64,000 nt of DNA, from positions 192,001 to 256,000 of the forward strand of contig CAVQKE010000004.1 of NCBI GenBank assembly GCA_963713045.1. Reading direction: 5' to 3'. Position numbers and translations under genes: made by a program. The stretch is from an uncultured delta proteobacterium (lineage in GTDB: Bacteria; Myxococcota; Myxococcia; Myxococcales; Myxococcaceae). Below the pieces are notes generated by a model. It ran no database searches, was not told the DNA's origin, and saw only the letters and a program-made list of their open reading frames with translations. Position 1 is the stretch's first letter. Each line of letters opens with the position of its first letter. Positions 51,346 to 62,709 of this stretch are shown one piece after another.

Positions 51346-51917
51346 GGACCACCGCCTGCGTGTTGTGGCTTGGGCTGCTTGGGTGTGCCCATTCCGGCGA
51401 GTCGTCGGCGCCTGCCCCCGCCGGCCCGGGCCGCTACTTTCCCCTGGCCGTTGGGAACCGCTGGAGCTACCGCGTTTCCGCCAGTGGCTCCGCCGTCGAG
51501 GTGGTGGAGATTCGCGCCGTCAAAGATGGCCAGTACCAAGACAACAAGGGGCGGCTTTTGTGGGTCAGTCCAGACGGCTTGCGCGACCAGTCCCGCGTCA
51601 TCCTGCGCGCGCCCGTCGAGACCGGGCGCAGCTGGACGGTGGTCCTCGGCCCAGACTCGGTGGAGCATTGGCGCATTGCCTCGGTGGGCACGCCCTGCTC
51701 GGCCCCGGCCGGAAGCTTCAGCGACTGCGTCGAGGTGGAGAGCCGGGTTTCGCCCGCCCAGGGTGTGGAGCTCCTCAACCACATCACCTTCGCGGCGGGG
51801 GTGGGAATCGTCCGAATCTCTACCACCCTGGTGCGCAATGGCGCCCAGACGCCCCAGACGGAGCTCCTCTTGACGGCGTATGAAGTTGCTCCACAGCGGC
51901 CCGTCCCAACCGGCTGA
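51342..51917 (+). CDS. Hypothetical lipoprotein
   Basis: LLGC lipobox; YFPLAVGNRWSY...PAGSFSDC...FAAGVGIV. Confidence 0.75.
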   Translation: MRTTACVLWLGLLGCAHSGESSAPAPAGPGRYFPLAVGNRWSYRVSASGSAVEVVEIRAVKDGQYQDNKGRLLWVSPDGLRDQSRVILRAPVETGRSWTVVLGPDSVEHWRIASVGTPCSAPAGSFSDCVEVESRVSPAQGVELLNHITFAAGVGIVRISTTLVRNGAQTPQTELLLTAYEVAPQRPVPTG

Positions 51918-51983
51918 AGGCAGCAACCACCCCGGGCGTCATGCCGCTGGGTTACGCTTGGGGGCTGTTGCGACAGCGAGCGG

Positions 51984-53024
51984 ATGCCACCGGTGAACGC
52001 GGACCTCCAGGAAGCCACGCACGAGGAGCTCATCCTCGGACTGCTTGTCGAGGGCGGGACGGACTTCGTCTCGGGTGAGGCGCTGTCCGGGAAGCTGGGG
52101 CTGTCGCGGACCGCAGTGTGGAAGGTGGTGAATGCGCTCAGGCGCCACGGGTACCGCATCGAGGCGGTGTCATCGCGGGGGTACCGGTTGTTGGAGGTTC
52201 CGGACCGACTCAGCGCGCTGGAAATTCTTCCCCTCCTCGAGACGCATGACCTCGGACGCACGCTGCACGCTTTCGAGGAGGTGGACTCCACCAACGTGGT
52301 GGCCTTTCGACTGGCGGTGGAGGGAGCCGAGCACGGCGAATTGGTGGTGGCCGAGCGACAGACTCAGGGTCGCGGTCGGCGCGGACGAAGCTGGTCCTCC
52401 CCGGGACACCTCAACCTGCATGCCTCATTCGTTTTGCGCCCGGAGTTGCCCCCCCAGCGTGCTCCGGAGCTGACGCTGCTGGCTGCGGTGGCGCTGGCCG
52501 AGTCTCTCCGGGCCACTGGCGTCCCGGCCGACATCAAATGGCCGAATGACCTGCTGGTCGGTGGGCGCAAGGTGGCCGGCATTCTCACCGAGCTGTCCGC
52601 GGACTTGGACCGCATCCACTTCGTGGTGCTGGGCATTGGCGTCAATCTCAACGCAGCCCACGAGGACTTTCCCCCCGAGTTGGCCGAGACGGCCACCAGC
52701 GTTTTAGAGGTCACCGGCCGGCGGGTGGCACGGGCAGCGTTTGCGGCGGCACTGGCCAAGCGTCTGGAGGATTGGCTGGACTTACATGCCGCCCAAGGCT
52801 TTCGCCCGGTGCGGGAGCGGTGGCGGGCGCTGTCCGCGACCCTCGGTCAGGAAGTCCTGGTCACCTCTGAGCGGCGAGAAGTGCGCGGGGTGGCGGTCGA
52901 CATTGACGAGGATGGTGCGCTTCGAATTCGAACGGCCGACGGGGCCGAGGAGCGCATCTTGGCCGGGGACGTGGAGCAGGTACGGCCACGCCTGGGGCCC
53001 CCGTCACCTCCGCGCGCCTGGTGA
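51984..53024 (+). CDS. birA: Bifunctional biotin ligase / repressor
   Basis: HTH SGEALS..LGLSRTAVWK; DSTN; QTQGRGRRGRSW; KWPND; KVAGIL. Confidence 0.95.
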   Translation: MPPVNADLQEATHEELILGLLVEGGTDFVSGEALSGKLGLSRTAVWKVVNALRRHGYRIEAVSSRGYRLLEVPDRLSALEILPLLETHDLGRTLHAFEEVDSTNVVAFRLAVEGAEHGELVVAERQTQGRGRRGRSWSSPGHLNLHASFVLRPELPPQRAPELTLLAAVALAESLRATGVPADIKWPNDLLVGGRKVAGILTELSADLDRIHFVVLGIGVNLNAAHEDFPPELAETATSVLEVTGRRVARAAFAAALAKRLEDWLDLHAAQGFRPVRERWRALSATLGQEVLVTSERREVRGVAVDIDEDGALRIRTADGAEERILAGDVEQVRPRLGPPSPPRAW

Positions 53025-53105
53025 GCCGACCTCCCGCTCGCGAGGCCCGGGGCCAGCCCGGTCCTCTTCCGTGGGCCGCTTCCACGCGTCTTCGGGAAGG
53101 GCCCT

Positions 53106-53609
53106 TCAGCTGATGTGAATCGAGGACGGCTTCTCGTTCTCAATCCAGCGGGCGATTTCGTCGATGTCATCATCGGACACGGCGATGCATCCGCGGGTCC
53201 AGTTGATGGAGGTAATCATCCTTCCCGCCCAGGCGAAGTCCCGCTTCGGCCCGTGAAGTCCAACATCTTTTCCAGTGGCCCCTCGTTTCCGCTGCTCCTC
53301 CGTCGGATAGCCGATGGGAATAAAGGTGCCGAATTGCTTCGAGGGCCGAGGTGTCCCCAAGGCGTAGTCCCCAATCGGCGTCTTGTCGTCGCCGGCCAGC
53401 CTCTTGCCCGAACCCTTGCGGCCAAGGGCCACGGGAAATTCTCCGGAGACGGCGTTCTCCTTGCAAAGCCAGAGACGTCTCATCTCGACGTCCACGACGA
53501 TGGACGTCTCACGGGCGGCACAGGGGTCTTTGCGGTTCTCCTTGGCATCGATGAGGTGAGGAAACCCCACCAGCATCGGCAGCAACAGCCAACCAACATT
53601 TCGCGACAT
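53106..53609 (-). CDS. L,D-transpeptidase (YkuD) family protein
   Basis: GDDKTPIGDY; IGYP; VGLHG...WTRGCIAV catalytic motif. Confidence 0.85.
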   Translation of the reverse strand: MSRNVGWLLLPMLVGFPHLIDAKENRKDPCAARETSIVVDVEMRRLWLCKENAVSGEFPVALGRKGSGKRLAGDDKTPIGDYALGTPRPSKQFGTFIPIGYPTEEQRKRGATGKDVGLHGPKRDFAWAGRMITSINWTRGCIAVSDDDIDEIARWIENEKPSSIHIS

Positions 53610-53863
53610 GCCCCCAAATGCTAGCGGCCTTTGTCGTCCGGACGAACGTGGGCAGGAAAACCACAACCGGGATGCAGCCAGGACACACCCAGAACCACTG
53701 GGTCCGAGTCGCGTCTGCGTCGGGGTGAGAGAGACGGGACGCACGTCGGCAACGTCACCCGCGCCGCTGATTGCTCCTCGGCCATCCGGCCAGGCATCTC
53801 TTTGCTGCGGCGGGTGGCGACCCGGAGTAGAGAATGACTCGCCCCAGACGGAGGAGGTTTGCG

Positions 53864-54766
53864 ATGCGAGCTGCCGTGCTGACCAGGTATGGAGATGTGG
53901 ATGCGCTCGAGCTTCGGGATGTGCCGGAGCCCCAACCGGGGCGGGGAAGCGTCAAGCTCCGCATCGCTGCCTCTAGCCTGAACCCCATCGACTGGAAGAT
54001 TCGCAGTGGCGCAACGAAAGACTGGTTCAAGACCGAGTTCCCCACCATCCTCGGCTACGACGCCGCGGGGGAGGTGGTGGAGCTCGGCGCAGAGGTGTCA
54101 GGCTTCGCCATCGGCGACAAAGTCCTCGGGTTGATTCGACAGGCCCAGGCCGAGTTTGCGACGGCAACCGTCGAAAGCCTGGCGAAGCTGCCCAGCGGGC
54201 TGTCGCTGGTGGATGCCGCCGCCCTTCCGGTCGCCGGGCTGACTGGAACCCAGCTCATCGAAGAGGCGGTGGCGCCCAAGCCGGGCGACGTGGTGCTGGT
54301 GACGGGCGCAGTCGGCAGCGTGGGGAGGTGTGCGGTGCACGCTGCCAAGAAGCTGGGAGCCCGCGTCCTGGCAGGCGTGCGAAAAAGCCAAGTCGCTGCC
54401 GCCAGCGCGCTCGGGGTGGCGGGTGTCGTCGCCTTGGATGACGCCGATGCGGTGGGGGGCCTCCCCCTTCTTCAGGGGGTCGCCGACACCGTCGGCGGCA
54501 GCACGCTGACCCCGGTGCTGCGCCGAATTGCGCCGGGCGGGACGCTGGGGAGCGTCGTCGGCGAGTCCGCCGAAGCGAAGAAATTGGGCATCCGTGTCCG
54601 GGCGATTTTCAACCACGCCGATGCCAAGCGACTCGCCGCGCTGGCAGCGGAGTTCGCGGCGGGCGACCTGGTCCTCCCCATTGCCGGGCGCTTCCCACTG
54701 GCTCAGGTGCGCGAAGCATTTCGTGCCGCCGAGAGCGGCCACGGGAAGGTGCTCTTGACCATGTGA
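53864..54766 (+). CDS. NADP-dependent medium-chain oxidoreductase (quinone reductase-like)
   Basis: LNPIDWK, LGYDAAGEV, GAVGSVG, GKVLL; GGAGGAGG RBS. Confidence 0.88.
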   Translation: MRAAVLTRYGDVDALELRDVPEPQPGRGSVKLRIAASSLNPIDWKIRSGATKDWFKTEFPTILGYDAAGEVVELGAEVSGFAIGDKVLGLIRQAQAEFATATVESLAKLPSGLSLVDAAALPVAGLTGTQLIEEAVAPKPGDVVLVTGAVGSVGRCAVHAAKKLGARVLAGVRKSQVAAASALGVAGVVALDDADAVGGLPLLQGVADTVGGSTLTPVLRRIAPGGTLGSVVGESAEAKKLGIRVRAIFNHADAKRLAALAAEFAAGDLVLPIAGRFPLAQVREAFRAAESGHGKVLLTM

Positions 54767-54857
54767 GGTGCAGCTGGGAGCCGACGGCCGAAGGGGGGCC
54801 GGCAGATGCGCCCCCGGAGGACCGCCGAGGGTGGTAAGCACCCTTGTGGGAAGTCCA

Positions 54858-55631
54858 ATGCTGCTCGCCATCGACGTCGGAAACACCAACACGGTGGTGG
54901 GCGTCTTCGACGGCGAGCGCCTGGTGGACCACTGGCGGCTGGCGACCGACGCCCGCCGGACGGCGGACGAATATGGCCTGTGGGTCCGGCAGGCGCTGCC
55001 CTACGCGGGGGTGGACCCGACGCGGGTGCGGGCCGCAGTGGTGTCCAGCGTGGTGCCTCCGATGCAACTCAGCCTGGAGCGCATGGCCAGCCGCTATTTC
55101 GGCGTCCGACCACTTTTCATCGGCCCAGGCGTGAAGACGGGGATGCCCATCCTCTATGACAACCCGCGTGAAGTCGGCGCCGACCGGATTGTCAACGCGG
55201 TCGCCGCGTTTGAGAAGCACCACCAAGGCTTGGTGGTGGTGGACTTCGGGACGGCGACCACCTTCGACGCCGTCACGCCCAAGGGCGAGTACTTGGGCGG
55301 CTGCATCGCCCCGGGCATCTCCATCTCGATGGAGGCCCTGTTTCAAAATGCCGCCCGTCTGCCGCGCGTCGAGTTTGCCCGGCCCCCGGCGGTGGTGGGG
55401 CGGAACACGGTGCACTCCATGCAGTCCGGACTCGTCTTTGGCTACGCCGGGTTGGTGGACGGCATCTGCGAGCGGATGGCCCGGGAGCTTGCCTTCCCGG
55501 TGAAGGTGCTGGCCACCGGTGGGCTGGCGTCGCTGCTGGCCGGCGAGACGCGCTGCATCAGCGAAGTCGACGAGCTGTTGACGTTGGAAGGACTGCGCAT
55601 CATCTACGGACGGAACCATGGCCCTGCCTGA
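54858..55631 (+). CDS. coaX: Type III pantothenate kinase
   Basis: IDVGNT, VGADR, VDFGTATT, GGCIAPG, ATGG. Confidence 0.95.
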   Translation: MLLAIDVGNTNTVVGVFDGERLVDHWRLATDARRTADEYGLWVRQALPYAGVDPTRVRAAVVSSVVPPMQLSLERMASRYFGVRPLFIGPGVKTGMPILYDNPREVGADRIVNAVAAFEKHHQGLVVVDFGTATTFDAVTPKGEYLGGCIAPGISISMEALFQNAARLPRVEFARPPAVVGRNTVHSMQSGLVFGYAGLVDGICERMARELAFPVKVLATGGLASLLAGETRCISEVDELLTLEGLRIIYGRNHGPA

Positions 55632-56718
55632 GGAGCGGCCGCCGCTGGACTTCCTGCCCCCGGCGCTGCGCAAGCACGTCGACCCGGGCTCGCCGGTGCC
55701 GCTGCGGATGATGGCGGCCAAGGCACTGGTGCCGCTGGCACCGGCCGACATGCTGGGGGCGCTGTATTTGCTTACCCAGGACCCCGACGAGACGGTGCGC
55801 ACCACCGCCACCGCCTCCGCCGAGAAGCTTCCGGACCGCATTCTCGGTTCGGCCCTGCGCGATGAGGGCGTCCCGCCGGCGGTCCTTGGCTGGGCCCTCG
55901 ACCGCCTCCAGTCCAACGACGTCTACGTGGAGATGCTGGTCCTCAACGCCTCCACGCCGGACGAGGCGGTTGCCCGGGTGGCGGCCCACTGCAGCCTTCG
56001 CTCTCTGGAGATTGTTGGGCAAAACCAGCTGCGGCTGCTGCGGCACGAGGACGTGGTGCGCCAGCTGTGCTCCAACCCCAAGGCCACGCTGGCGCTGGTG
56101 GACTCGGTGTGCGACTTCTGTGTGCGCAGCGGGCTGCAGCTTTCCGACGTCCCCGCGATGCAGGCCGCGCGGGTTCGAATTTTCGGACCGGAGGCAGTCA
56201 ATGCGCCGCCCCCTGGCCCCAGTGCTGAGGAGATTCTCAGTGAATACCAGGTGGGGGACGAGACGGCGCCGCCGCTGGAGGAGGGAAAGCGGCTGACCTT
56301 CGCCCAGCGCATTGTCCGGATGAGCATCGCCGAGAAAATCAAGCTCGCCACCAAGGGCAACAAGGAAGCTCGGGGCTACCTTCTCCGCGACAGCAACAAG
56401 CTGGTGGCGGTGGCCGCCATCCGCAGCCCCAAAGTGACGGACCCGGAGATTCTGGCCATTGCCAACAGCCGGCAGGCCCACGACGATGTGCTGCGGGTGG
56501 TGTACGCCAACCGCGAGTGGGTGAAGCTCTACCCGGTGAAGCTGGCGCTGGTGAAAAACCCCAAGGTGCCGCTGCCCATCGCGATGAAGTTTCTCTCAAC
56601 CCTGCGGGAGTCGGAAATCCGGGAGATTGCGCGAGATAAAAACGTCCCGTCCGGCGTTCAGCTGATGGCGCGCAAGGCGATGGAAAAGAAGAACGAGCCG
56701 AAAAAGGACGGTCATTAG
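55618..56718 (+). CDS. Conserved helical-repeat hypothetical protein
   Basis: 366 aa; KIKLATKGNKEAR..L.RDSNKLV, LALVKNPKVP pattern recalled from Myxococcota/Desulfobacterota proteins. Confidence 0.75.
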   Translation: MALPEERPPLDFLPPALRKHVDPGSPVPLRMMAAKALVPLAPADMLGALYLLTQDPDETVRTTATASAEKLPDRILGSALRDEGVPPAVLGWALDRLQSNDVYVEMLVLNASTPDEAVARVAAHCSLRSLEIVGQNQLRLLRHEDVVRQLCSNPKATLALVDSVCDFCVRSGLQLSDVPAMQAARVRIFGPEAVNAPPPGPSAEEILSEYQVGDETAPPLEEGKRLTFAQRIVRMSIAEKIKLATKGNKEARGYLLRDSNKLVAVAAIRSPKVTDPEILAIANSRQAHDDVLRVVYANREWVKLYPVKLALVKNPKVPLPIAMKFLSTLRESEIREIARDKNVPSGVQLMARKAMEKKNEPKKDGH

Positions 56719-56729
56719 TCGGTCGGCGG

Positions 56730-58319
56730 TCAGGCCGCTGCCGGCTCGTCGTCTCCGCCGGGCCCGCGCTCGGGAGCGGGTGCGCCCGGACTGGACTGTG
56801 CCAGCAACTGTCCGGCCATGGCCACCGCCCGGGCAGCCTTCTCCCGGGCCCGCTCCTCGCTCTTCAGTCGCGCGTAGAGGCGCGCCACCCGCTCCTCGTG
56901 CTTGCGTGCCACGGCTTCCAGTTCACGGCAGCGCTGTTGGACCGCCGCCAGCTGGTCCTCACGGACGGCGTCGTGGTGGGCCAGCTCCTCGCGCACCGCG
57001 GTGAGGTCGCCCTGGCTTTGCTCAAGCGCCGCCTGCACGGTGGCCAGCTGCCGCTGCGCGCCGTCGGCATGGGCCCGGTTGAGTTCGCGGTCGCGGCGCG
57101 CGGCCGCCAATTCTCCCTCGGCAAGGTCGCGGGCTTCCTCCGCAGCCTCGGCCCGCGCGCGCAGTTGAATCGCCTCCTGCTCCGCCGCGTCGGCCCGCGC
57201 ACTGGCAGCACCGATGGCCATCTGCAGTTCGGCCGCCTGGTCCTGAGCCTCCCGCGCGGTGGCCTCCGCCCGCTCCACCGATTGGTCCACCCGCCGGCGG
57301 TCCACTTCGGTCCGGGATTGAAGGGACTTAATTTGGCCATCTCGACGAGCGACTTCGCCGGTCAACTCCAAATTGTGCTGCTCGAGGTGCATCGCCTGTT
57401 CACGCAAGTCGGCCAGTTCTTGCTCCCGGGCATGCAGCTCCGACTTGAGACGGAGAATATCGCGGTCACGGCGAAGCACCTCGTCCCGGGGCGAGCGTCC
57501 CTCCGGATTCTCTTCCTCGGCGGTGGCGCGACCGGCGAGCTCGGCTTCCAGCTGGTGGATGCGGACGTCGCTCGCGAAGGAGAGCGCCTGGGCGTCCTCC
57601 AGTGCCGCCTGGAGGCGCGACACCTCGCCCTGGTGTGCGGAGTCGGTGGGCGCCGCGGCCGAGGCCTGAGCCGTGTCGGTGAGGGGCGTCAAGGGAAAGG
57701 GCGGCGCCTCTTCCAGCCCCTCCGCAGGGTGTCCGCTCGGCTCTGGCTGGACGGCGCCATAGTCCGGGAGCTGGCTGAAGTCCTCCGGGGAGGCTGGCGG
57801 TGGGGATGCCTCCGCCGGGTCGGGGCGGGGAGAGAAGGGCGCCGTATCAAAGGCCGCGTCGATGAGGTCCAAGTCCGGGTCCCCCGAGACGGTGGCCTCC
57901 TCCAAGTCGAACGACTGGTGGGCGGCATCGGCGGCCGGTGCCGGCACCGTGCTGTGGCCGGTCAGCTGCGTCACGCAAGCGACGAAATCCTCCAGTTGCA
58001 GCGGTTTGGCGAGGTAGGCGTCGGCGCGATTTTTCAACTTCCCGTGCTGGGCAAACCCGTCGGGACTGCCGACGATGACCACTGGAACGCTGCGCAACTC
58101 CTCGTCTTTCTTAAATTTTCCACAGAGGATGTAACCGTTTTGACCGGCCGGAAGGTCCACCGCCAACACCACGCACGCCGCGCGGCCCTGGCGTGCAACC
58201 TCCACGCAGGTCCTTCCATCGGCGGTCTCTTGGACGGAGAAGCCGCGCGCTTCGAGAGCGCTGCGCATTCGGGCGGAGTGCGCCGCGTCTCCTTCCACAA
58301 TCAGGACTTGGGTGGGCAT
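56730..58319 (-). CDS. frzS: FrzS-like pseudo-receiver plus coiled-coil social-motility regulator
   Basis: VLIVEGD...SALEARGF.V.ET.DG...VVLAVDL.AGQNGY.LCGK.KKD.EL..VP...G.PDGFAQH..LK..AD.Y.AKP closely follows the M. xanthus FrzS receiver as recalled (Ala at the phospho-Asp site); long coiled coil. Confidence 0.8.
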   Translation of the reverse strand: MPTQVLIVEGDAAHSARMRSALEARGFSVQETADGRTCVEVARQGRAACVVLAVDLPAGQNGYILCGKFKKDEELRSVPVVIVGSPDGFAQHGKLKNRADAYLAKPLQLEDFVACVTQLTGHSTVPAPAADAAHQSFDLEEATVSGDPDLDLIDAAFDTAPFSPRPDPAEASPPPASPEDFSQLPDYGAVQPEPSGHPAEGLEEAPPFPLTPLTDTAQASAAAPTDSAHQGEVSRLQAALEDAQALSFASDVRIHQLEAELAGRATAEEENPEGRSPRDEVLRRDRDILRLKSELHAREQELADLREQAMHLEQHNLELTGEVARRDGQIKSLQSRTEVDRRRVDQSVERAEATAREAQDQAAELQMAIGAASARADAAEQEAIQLRARAEAAEEARDLAEGELAAARRDRELNRAHADGAQRQLATVQAALEQSQGDLTAVREELAHHDAVREDQLAAVQQRCRELEAVARKHEERVARLYARLKSEERAREKAARAVAMAGQLLAQSSPGAPAPERGPGGDDEPAAA

Positions 58320-58411
58320 GCGCTCGCTGGCCAAGGCCGCGGCCCCAGGGGCGCTGGGGGCTGGAGGTGCGGCCTCGTCCCCGCAAGGCTAGTCAGCTGC
58401 CTTCGGCAGCG

Positions 58412-59275
58412 TCAACGGGCCGAGGCCGAGGCGGGAAGCACTGAAAAGTCGGGCCAGCGCCGGGCGCCATAGCCCATGGCGGTGGCCGGCCCGCGCTCCA
58501 CCGGCAGGGGAGGCGTGGGCGTTGCGGGACGGGCGGCGGTCAACATCGTCCGAAGGGAGTCTGCGTCGAGGTCGCTCACCAATTCATAGACGAGGTCGCC
58601 GGTGCGCCAGCTCGCGACGTTGAAGCCCCGCACCGGGTGCACCCGCACGTCGGGCCAGGGCCGGGCGGGCAGCGCCTGCGGCGCGTCGTCCAGCACGAAG
58701 AGGCCCACCCGCCGCGGCGGGCCGCCCCCCACCGATGCCAACTCATAGACAATGTAGGCCGCCTCATGCTCCCGGACGTTGGACAGCCGAGCGCCGGCAA
58801 GCTGGGCATTGGGCAGGCGAGGGACAGGGACGCGCCAATCGAGCTTGTCGTCGAACCAGGTCTCCACCTGTTCATGCCGCCTGACGGTGACTTCCAAGGG
58901 CAGCTGGCGCTTGAAGCGCACCGCGGCCTCATCGCCCACCAAGTCCGGCGGTGCAGGCCGCAGCTCCAGCCAGGCAGCACTGGCGGCCGCGGCCAAAAGG
59001 GCGGCGCTGCCCCAGCGGGTCCAGGAGACGACTTGCACCCGGCGGTGCTCGCGCCGAATGCCGGTGTGAAGCATCGCGCGGAGCGCTTCGGGAGCGGGTG
59101 CCCGCTGCACCCGGACCGAACGCCGCAGGGCGCCGTGAAACGCGGCCTCGGCGCCGACGCGGCGGGCGCAGGGCGCGCAGCCGCTGAGGTGGTCCTCGAA
59201 GTCCTTCCGGTCAGCCTCCTCGAGCTCTCCGTCGAGGTAGGGGTAGACCACCGAATCCAAGTCGAGGCAGGTCAT
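58412..59275 (-). CDS. Zinc-finger (ZAS) transmembrane anti-sigma factor
   Basis: YLDGEL...HLSGCAPC (HxxxCxxC), TM helix, periplasmic domain. Confidence 0.85.
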   Translation of the reverse strand: MTCLDLDSVVYPYLDGELEEADRKDFEDHLSGCAPCARRVGAEAAFHGALRRSVRVQRAPAPEALRAMLHTGIRREHRRVQVVSWTRWGSAALLAAAASAAWLELRPAPPDLVGDEAAVRFKRQLPLEVTVRRHEQVETWFDDKLDWRVPVPRLPNAQLAGARLSNVREHEAAYIVYELASVGGGPPRRVGLFVLDDAPQALPARPWPDVRVHPVRGFNVASWRTGDLVYELVSDLDADSLRTMLTAARPATPTPPLPVERGPATAMGYGARRWPDFSVLPASASAR

Positions 59276-59340
59276 CAAGCAGCGTTCACCTGCAGGAGGC
59301 TACCCGCAGTGCTGTGCCGCTACCAACGACCGAATGGACT

Positions 59341-59991
<651 letters not shown>

Positions 59992-60076
59992 GGCCCTCCC
60001 TAACTAGACCCCTACGGACGCAAAAGGTGCCGATTGCTTCACTGCGTAGCATTAGAAAAAACGAACGAGCAGCCGT

Positions 60077-61204
60077 TCAGGCGCCCGCTTGCATGGCCGC
60101 TTCCAAGGCAACGTACGGGTAGCCCATGTCGCGCGCGACGGCCTCGTACGTGACGTGGCCGCCGAAGGTATTCACTGCGCGTGCGAGGGCCTTGGACTGA
60201 CGGGTGGCCTCGACCAGGCCGAGGTCGGCAATCCGCTTGGCGTAGGGCCAGGTGACGCTGGTGAGGGCAAAGGTGGAGGTAATGGGCACGGCGCCGGGCA
60301 TGTTGGCCACGCAGTAATGCACCACCCCGTGCACCACATACGTCGGGTCATCGTGGGTGGTGGGGCGGCACGTCTCAATGCAGCCTCCTTGGTCCACCGC
60401 AACGTCCACCACCACCGAGCCTGGACTCATCTCGCGGATGAGGGCCTCCGGGACCAGCTTGGGCGCCTTGCCGCCTGGAATGAGGACGCCGCCCACCACC
60501 AAATCGGCCTCCCGCACCGCCGCGGCGATGGTTTCCGTGTCTGAAGCGAGGGGGGTAATCCGTCCGAGGAAGACGTCGTCCAGGTAGGCGAGCTGGTTCT
60601 GGTTGATGTCCAGGACGGTGACATCGGCGCCCATCCCCACCGCGATTTTGGCGGCGCAGGTCCCCACCACGCCCCCGCCCAGAATGGCGACGCGCCCATG
60701 CCGCACCCCCGGAACGCCGCCGAGAAGAATGCCCTTCCCGCCGCCCTCCTTCTCCAGGGAGGCCGCGCCCACTTGAATGGCCATCTTCCCAGCCACTTCG
60801 CTCATCGGCCGAAGCAGCGGCAGGCTGCCATCGTCCAGCTGCAGCGTCTCATAGGCCACCGCGGCAACTTTCTTTCTGAGCAGCGTCCGCGTGAGTTCCG
60901 GGTCCACTCCGGCCAGGTGAAAGTAGGTGTAGACCACCTGCCGCTCCTGGAGTCGCCCGTATTCCACGGGAATCGGCTCCTTCACCTTCACCACCATCTC
61001 CGCGCGCTTCCAAACTTCGTCGGCACTGGAGACCAATTCCGCGCCGACCCGGGCATAGTCGGCGTCCAGGACGCCTGAGCCGGCGCCGGCGCCTCGCTCG
61101 ACCAGGACTGTATGGCCGCCGCTGGTGAGTGCGCGCACGCCCGCGGGAACCATGCCCACGCGGAACTCGCGCACCTTCACTTCCTTGGGGACGCCGACAA
61201 TCAC
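60077..61204 (-). CDS. ald: Alanine dehydrogenase
   Basis: [48 protein letters not shown]. Confidence 0.95.
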   Translation of the reverse strand: MIVGVPKEVKVREFRVGMVPAGVRALTSGGHTVLVERGAGAGSGVLDADYARVGAELVSSADEVWKRAEMVVKVKEPIPVEYGRLQERQVVYTYFHLAGVDPELTRTLLRKKVAAVAYETLQLDDGSLPLLRPMSEVAGKMAIQVGAASLEKEGGGKGILLGGVPGVRHGRVAILGGGVVGTCAAKIAVGMGADVTVLDINQNQLAYLDDVFLGRITPLASDTETIAAAVREADLVVGGVLIPGGKAPKLVPEALIREMSPGSVVVDVAVDQGGCIETCRPTTHDDPTYVVHGVVHYCVANMPGAVPITSTFALTSVTWPYAKRIADLGLVEATRQSKALARAVNTFGGHVTYEAVARDMGYPYVALEAAMQAGA

Positions 61205-61347
61205 ATGGGACTCCGGACGAGGGGAGGGGGATGGGGGCCCTCCGGCGCGCGGGCGGGGCAAACCATGTCAGGGCCTTCGAGTCAACGCGAGCAGGCAACC
61301 AACACCCTGCGTTACAAGGGCCCTTGGCTGTCCGGAGCCAGCAAAGC

Positions 61348-62655
61348 GTGCCATCCCCTGCAAGACTGCTGTTTGCCGACGCCGACGGTCGGGTGATGGA
61401 CCATCCGCACCTGTTGGCCAGCGTGCGCTCGGGGGATACCCTCCTCGGGCCTTCCGAGAGGCCCATTGCCCTGCCTGCCGGGTCCCGCCTGGTGCATTTG
61501 CCAGGGCGGCGCCCAGTCGGGGTCGACCCCTCGAGTGGCCAGCTGACACTGCTGCAGGAGGTGGTGGTGCGCGGGCGCCGCATGGAACCGCATGCCGTGG
61601 GGGCGCTGTTGCCTCCCGGCTACACCCGCACCTTTCTGCCGGGAGAGGTGAAGGCCGCTGGGCCGACGTTGCCCCAGTGGGCCTACACTGCCGCGGCCTG
61701 GGGGGAAGGCCAGCCGGTGGCCTGGGCGGTCCGCACCGACCGGCGCCAGCATTGGGACCAGGGACGCTTCTCGACGCCCGAGCTGCGCGGCCGTGTCGCG
61801 CGGGCGCTGCGGGCGGACCCGGACAACCGCGTTCTCCTCCAACTCAAGACCTGCGCCCTGGTCTACCGCTGCTTCACCAGTCAAAACCTCTTTTACCAGC
61901 GGGACGAAGGCGCCCTGCCGGTGTCCGTCATGTGCAACGCGGCGTGTGTGGGGTGCATCTCGGAGCAGCCCGCGGATGGTCCGCCGGCGTCCCACGCGCG
62001 CCTGGACGATGGCCCGTCGGCGGAAGAGATGGCCCGCGTCGCGCTGGCGCACCTGGCCTCGGCCAGCGGGCGAGTGATGGTGAGCTTCGGCCAGGGCTGC
62101 GAGGGCGAGCCCCTGACGCGCTGGCCGGTCATCGCCCGGGCCATCTGCTTGGTGCGGGCCGAAACATCGCGTGGCTCCTTGCACCTCAACACCAACGCCA
62201 GCCTTCCCGAGGGGCTGGCGGCGCTGCTGGACGCGGGCTTGGACTCGGTACGCGTCTCCCTTAACTCCGCAGTGAAGGACCTCTACGAGGCCTATTACCG
62301 CCCGGTGAAGTACGGGTGGGAGGACGTGGAGGCGTCGCTGGCGGTGGCCCGCCGGCACGGCGCCTACCTCTCACTCAACCTTCTCACCTTGCCCGGGGTG
62401 ACGGACCGAACCGGCGAAGTCCGGGCCCTGGTGGCGCTCGTCCGCCGGCACCGGGTGGACCAGGTGCAGGTGCGCTCCCTCTGCATGGACCCGTTGCAGT
62501 ACCTGGACGTGGCGCACCAGCGCGGAGCCGGCGGAAGCCCCCTTGGAATTCGAGCCATGCTGCGCGTGCTCCGCCGAGAGACACCCTGGGTACGCATCGG
62601 TAATTTCTCCCGCGCCCGGAACGAGCGGAGCGCGACCGCAAGTGTGCGCGCCTAG
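61348..62655 (+). CDS. Radical SAM protein of unknown function
   Basis: CNAACVGC; SFGQGCEGEP; NTNAS; RVSLNS. Confidence 0.88.
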   Translation: MPSPARLLFADADGRVMDHPHLLASVRSGDTLLGPSERPIALPAGSRLVHLPGRRPVGVDPSSGQLTLLQEVVVRGRRMEPHAVGALLPPGYTRTFLPGEVKAAGPTLPQWAYTAAAWGEGQPVAWAVRTDRRQHWDQGRFSTPELRGRVARALRADPDNRVLLQLKTCALVYRCFTSQNLFYQRDEGALPVSVMCNAACVGCISEQPADGPPASHARLDDGPSAEEMARVALAHLASASGRVMVSFGQGCEGEPLTRWPVIARAICLVRAETSRGSLHLNTNASLPEGLAALLDAGLDSVRVSLNSAVKDLYEAYYRPVKYGWEDVEASLAVARRHGAYLSLNLLTLPGVTDRTGEVRALVALVRRHRVDQVQVRSLCMDPLQYLDVAHQRGAGGSPLGIRAMLRVLRRETPWVRIGNFSRARNERSATASVRA

Positions 62656-62709
62656 CGCGGCCGCTTGAGTTTGCGCGCACCGGCCTCGCTCTGGCACGGT
62701 AGCGGCGCC

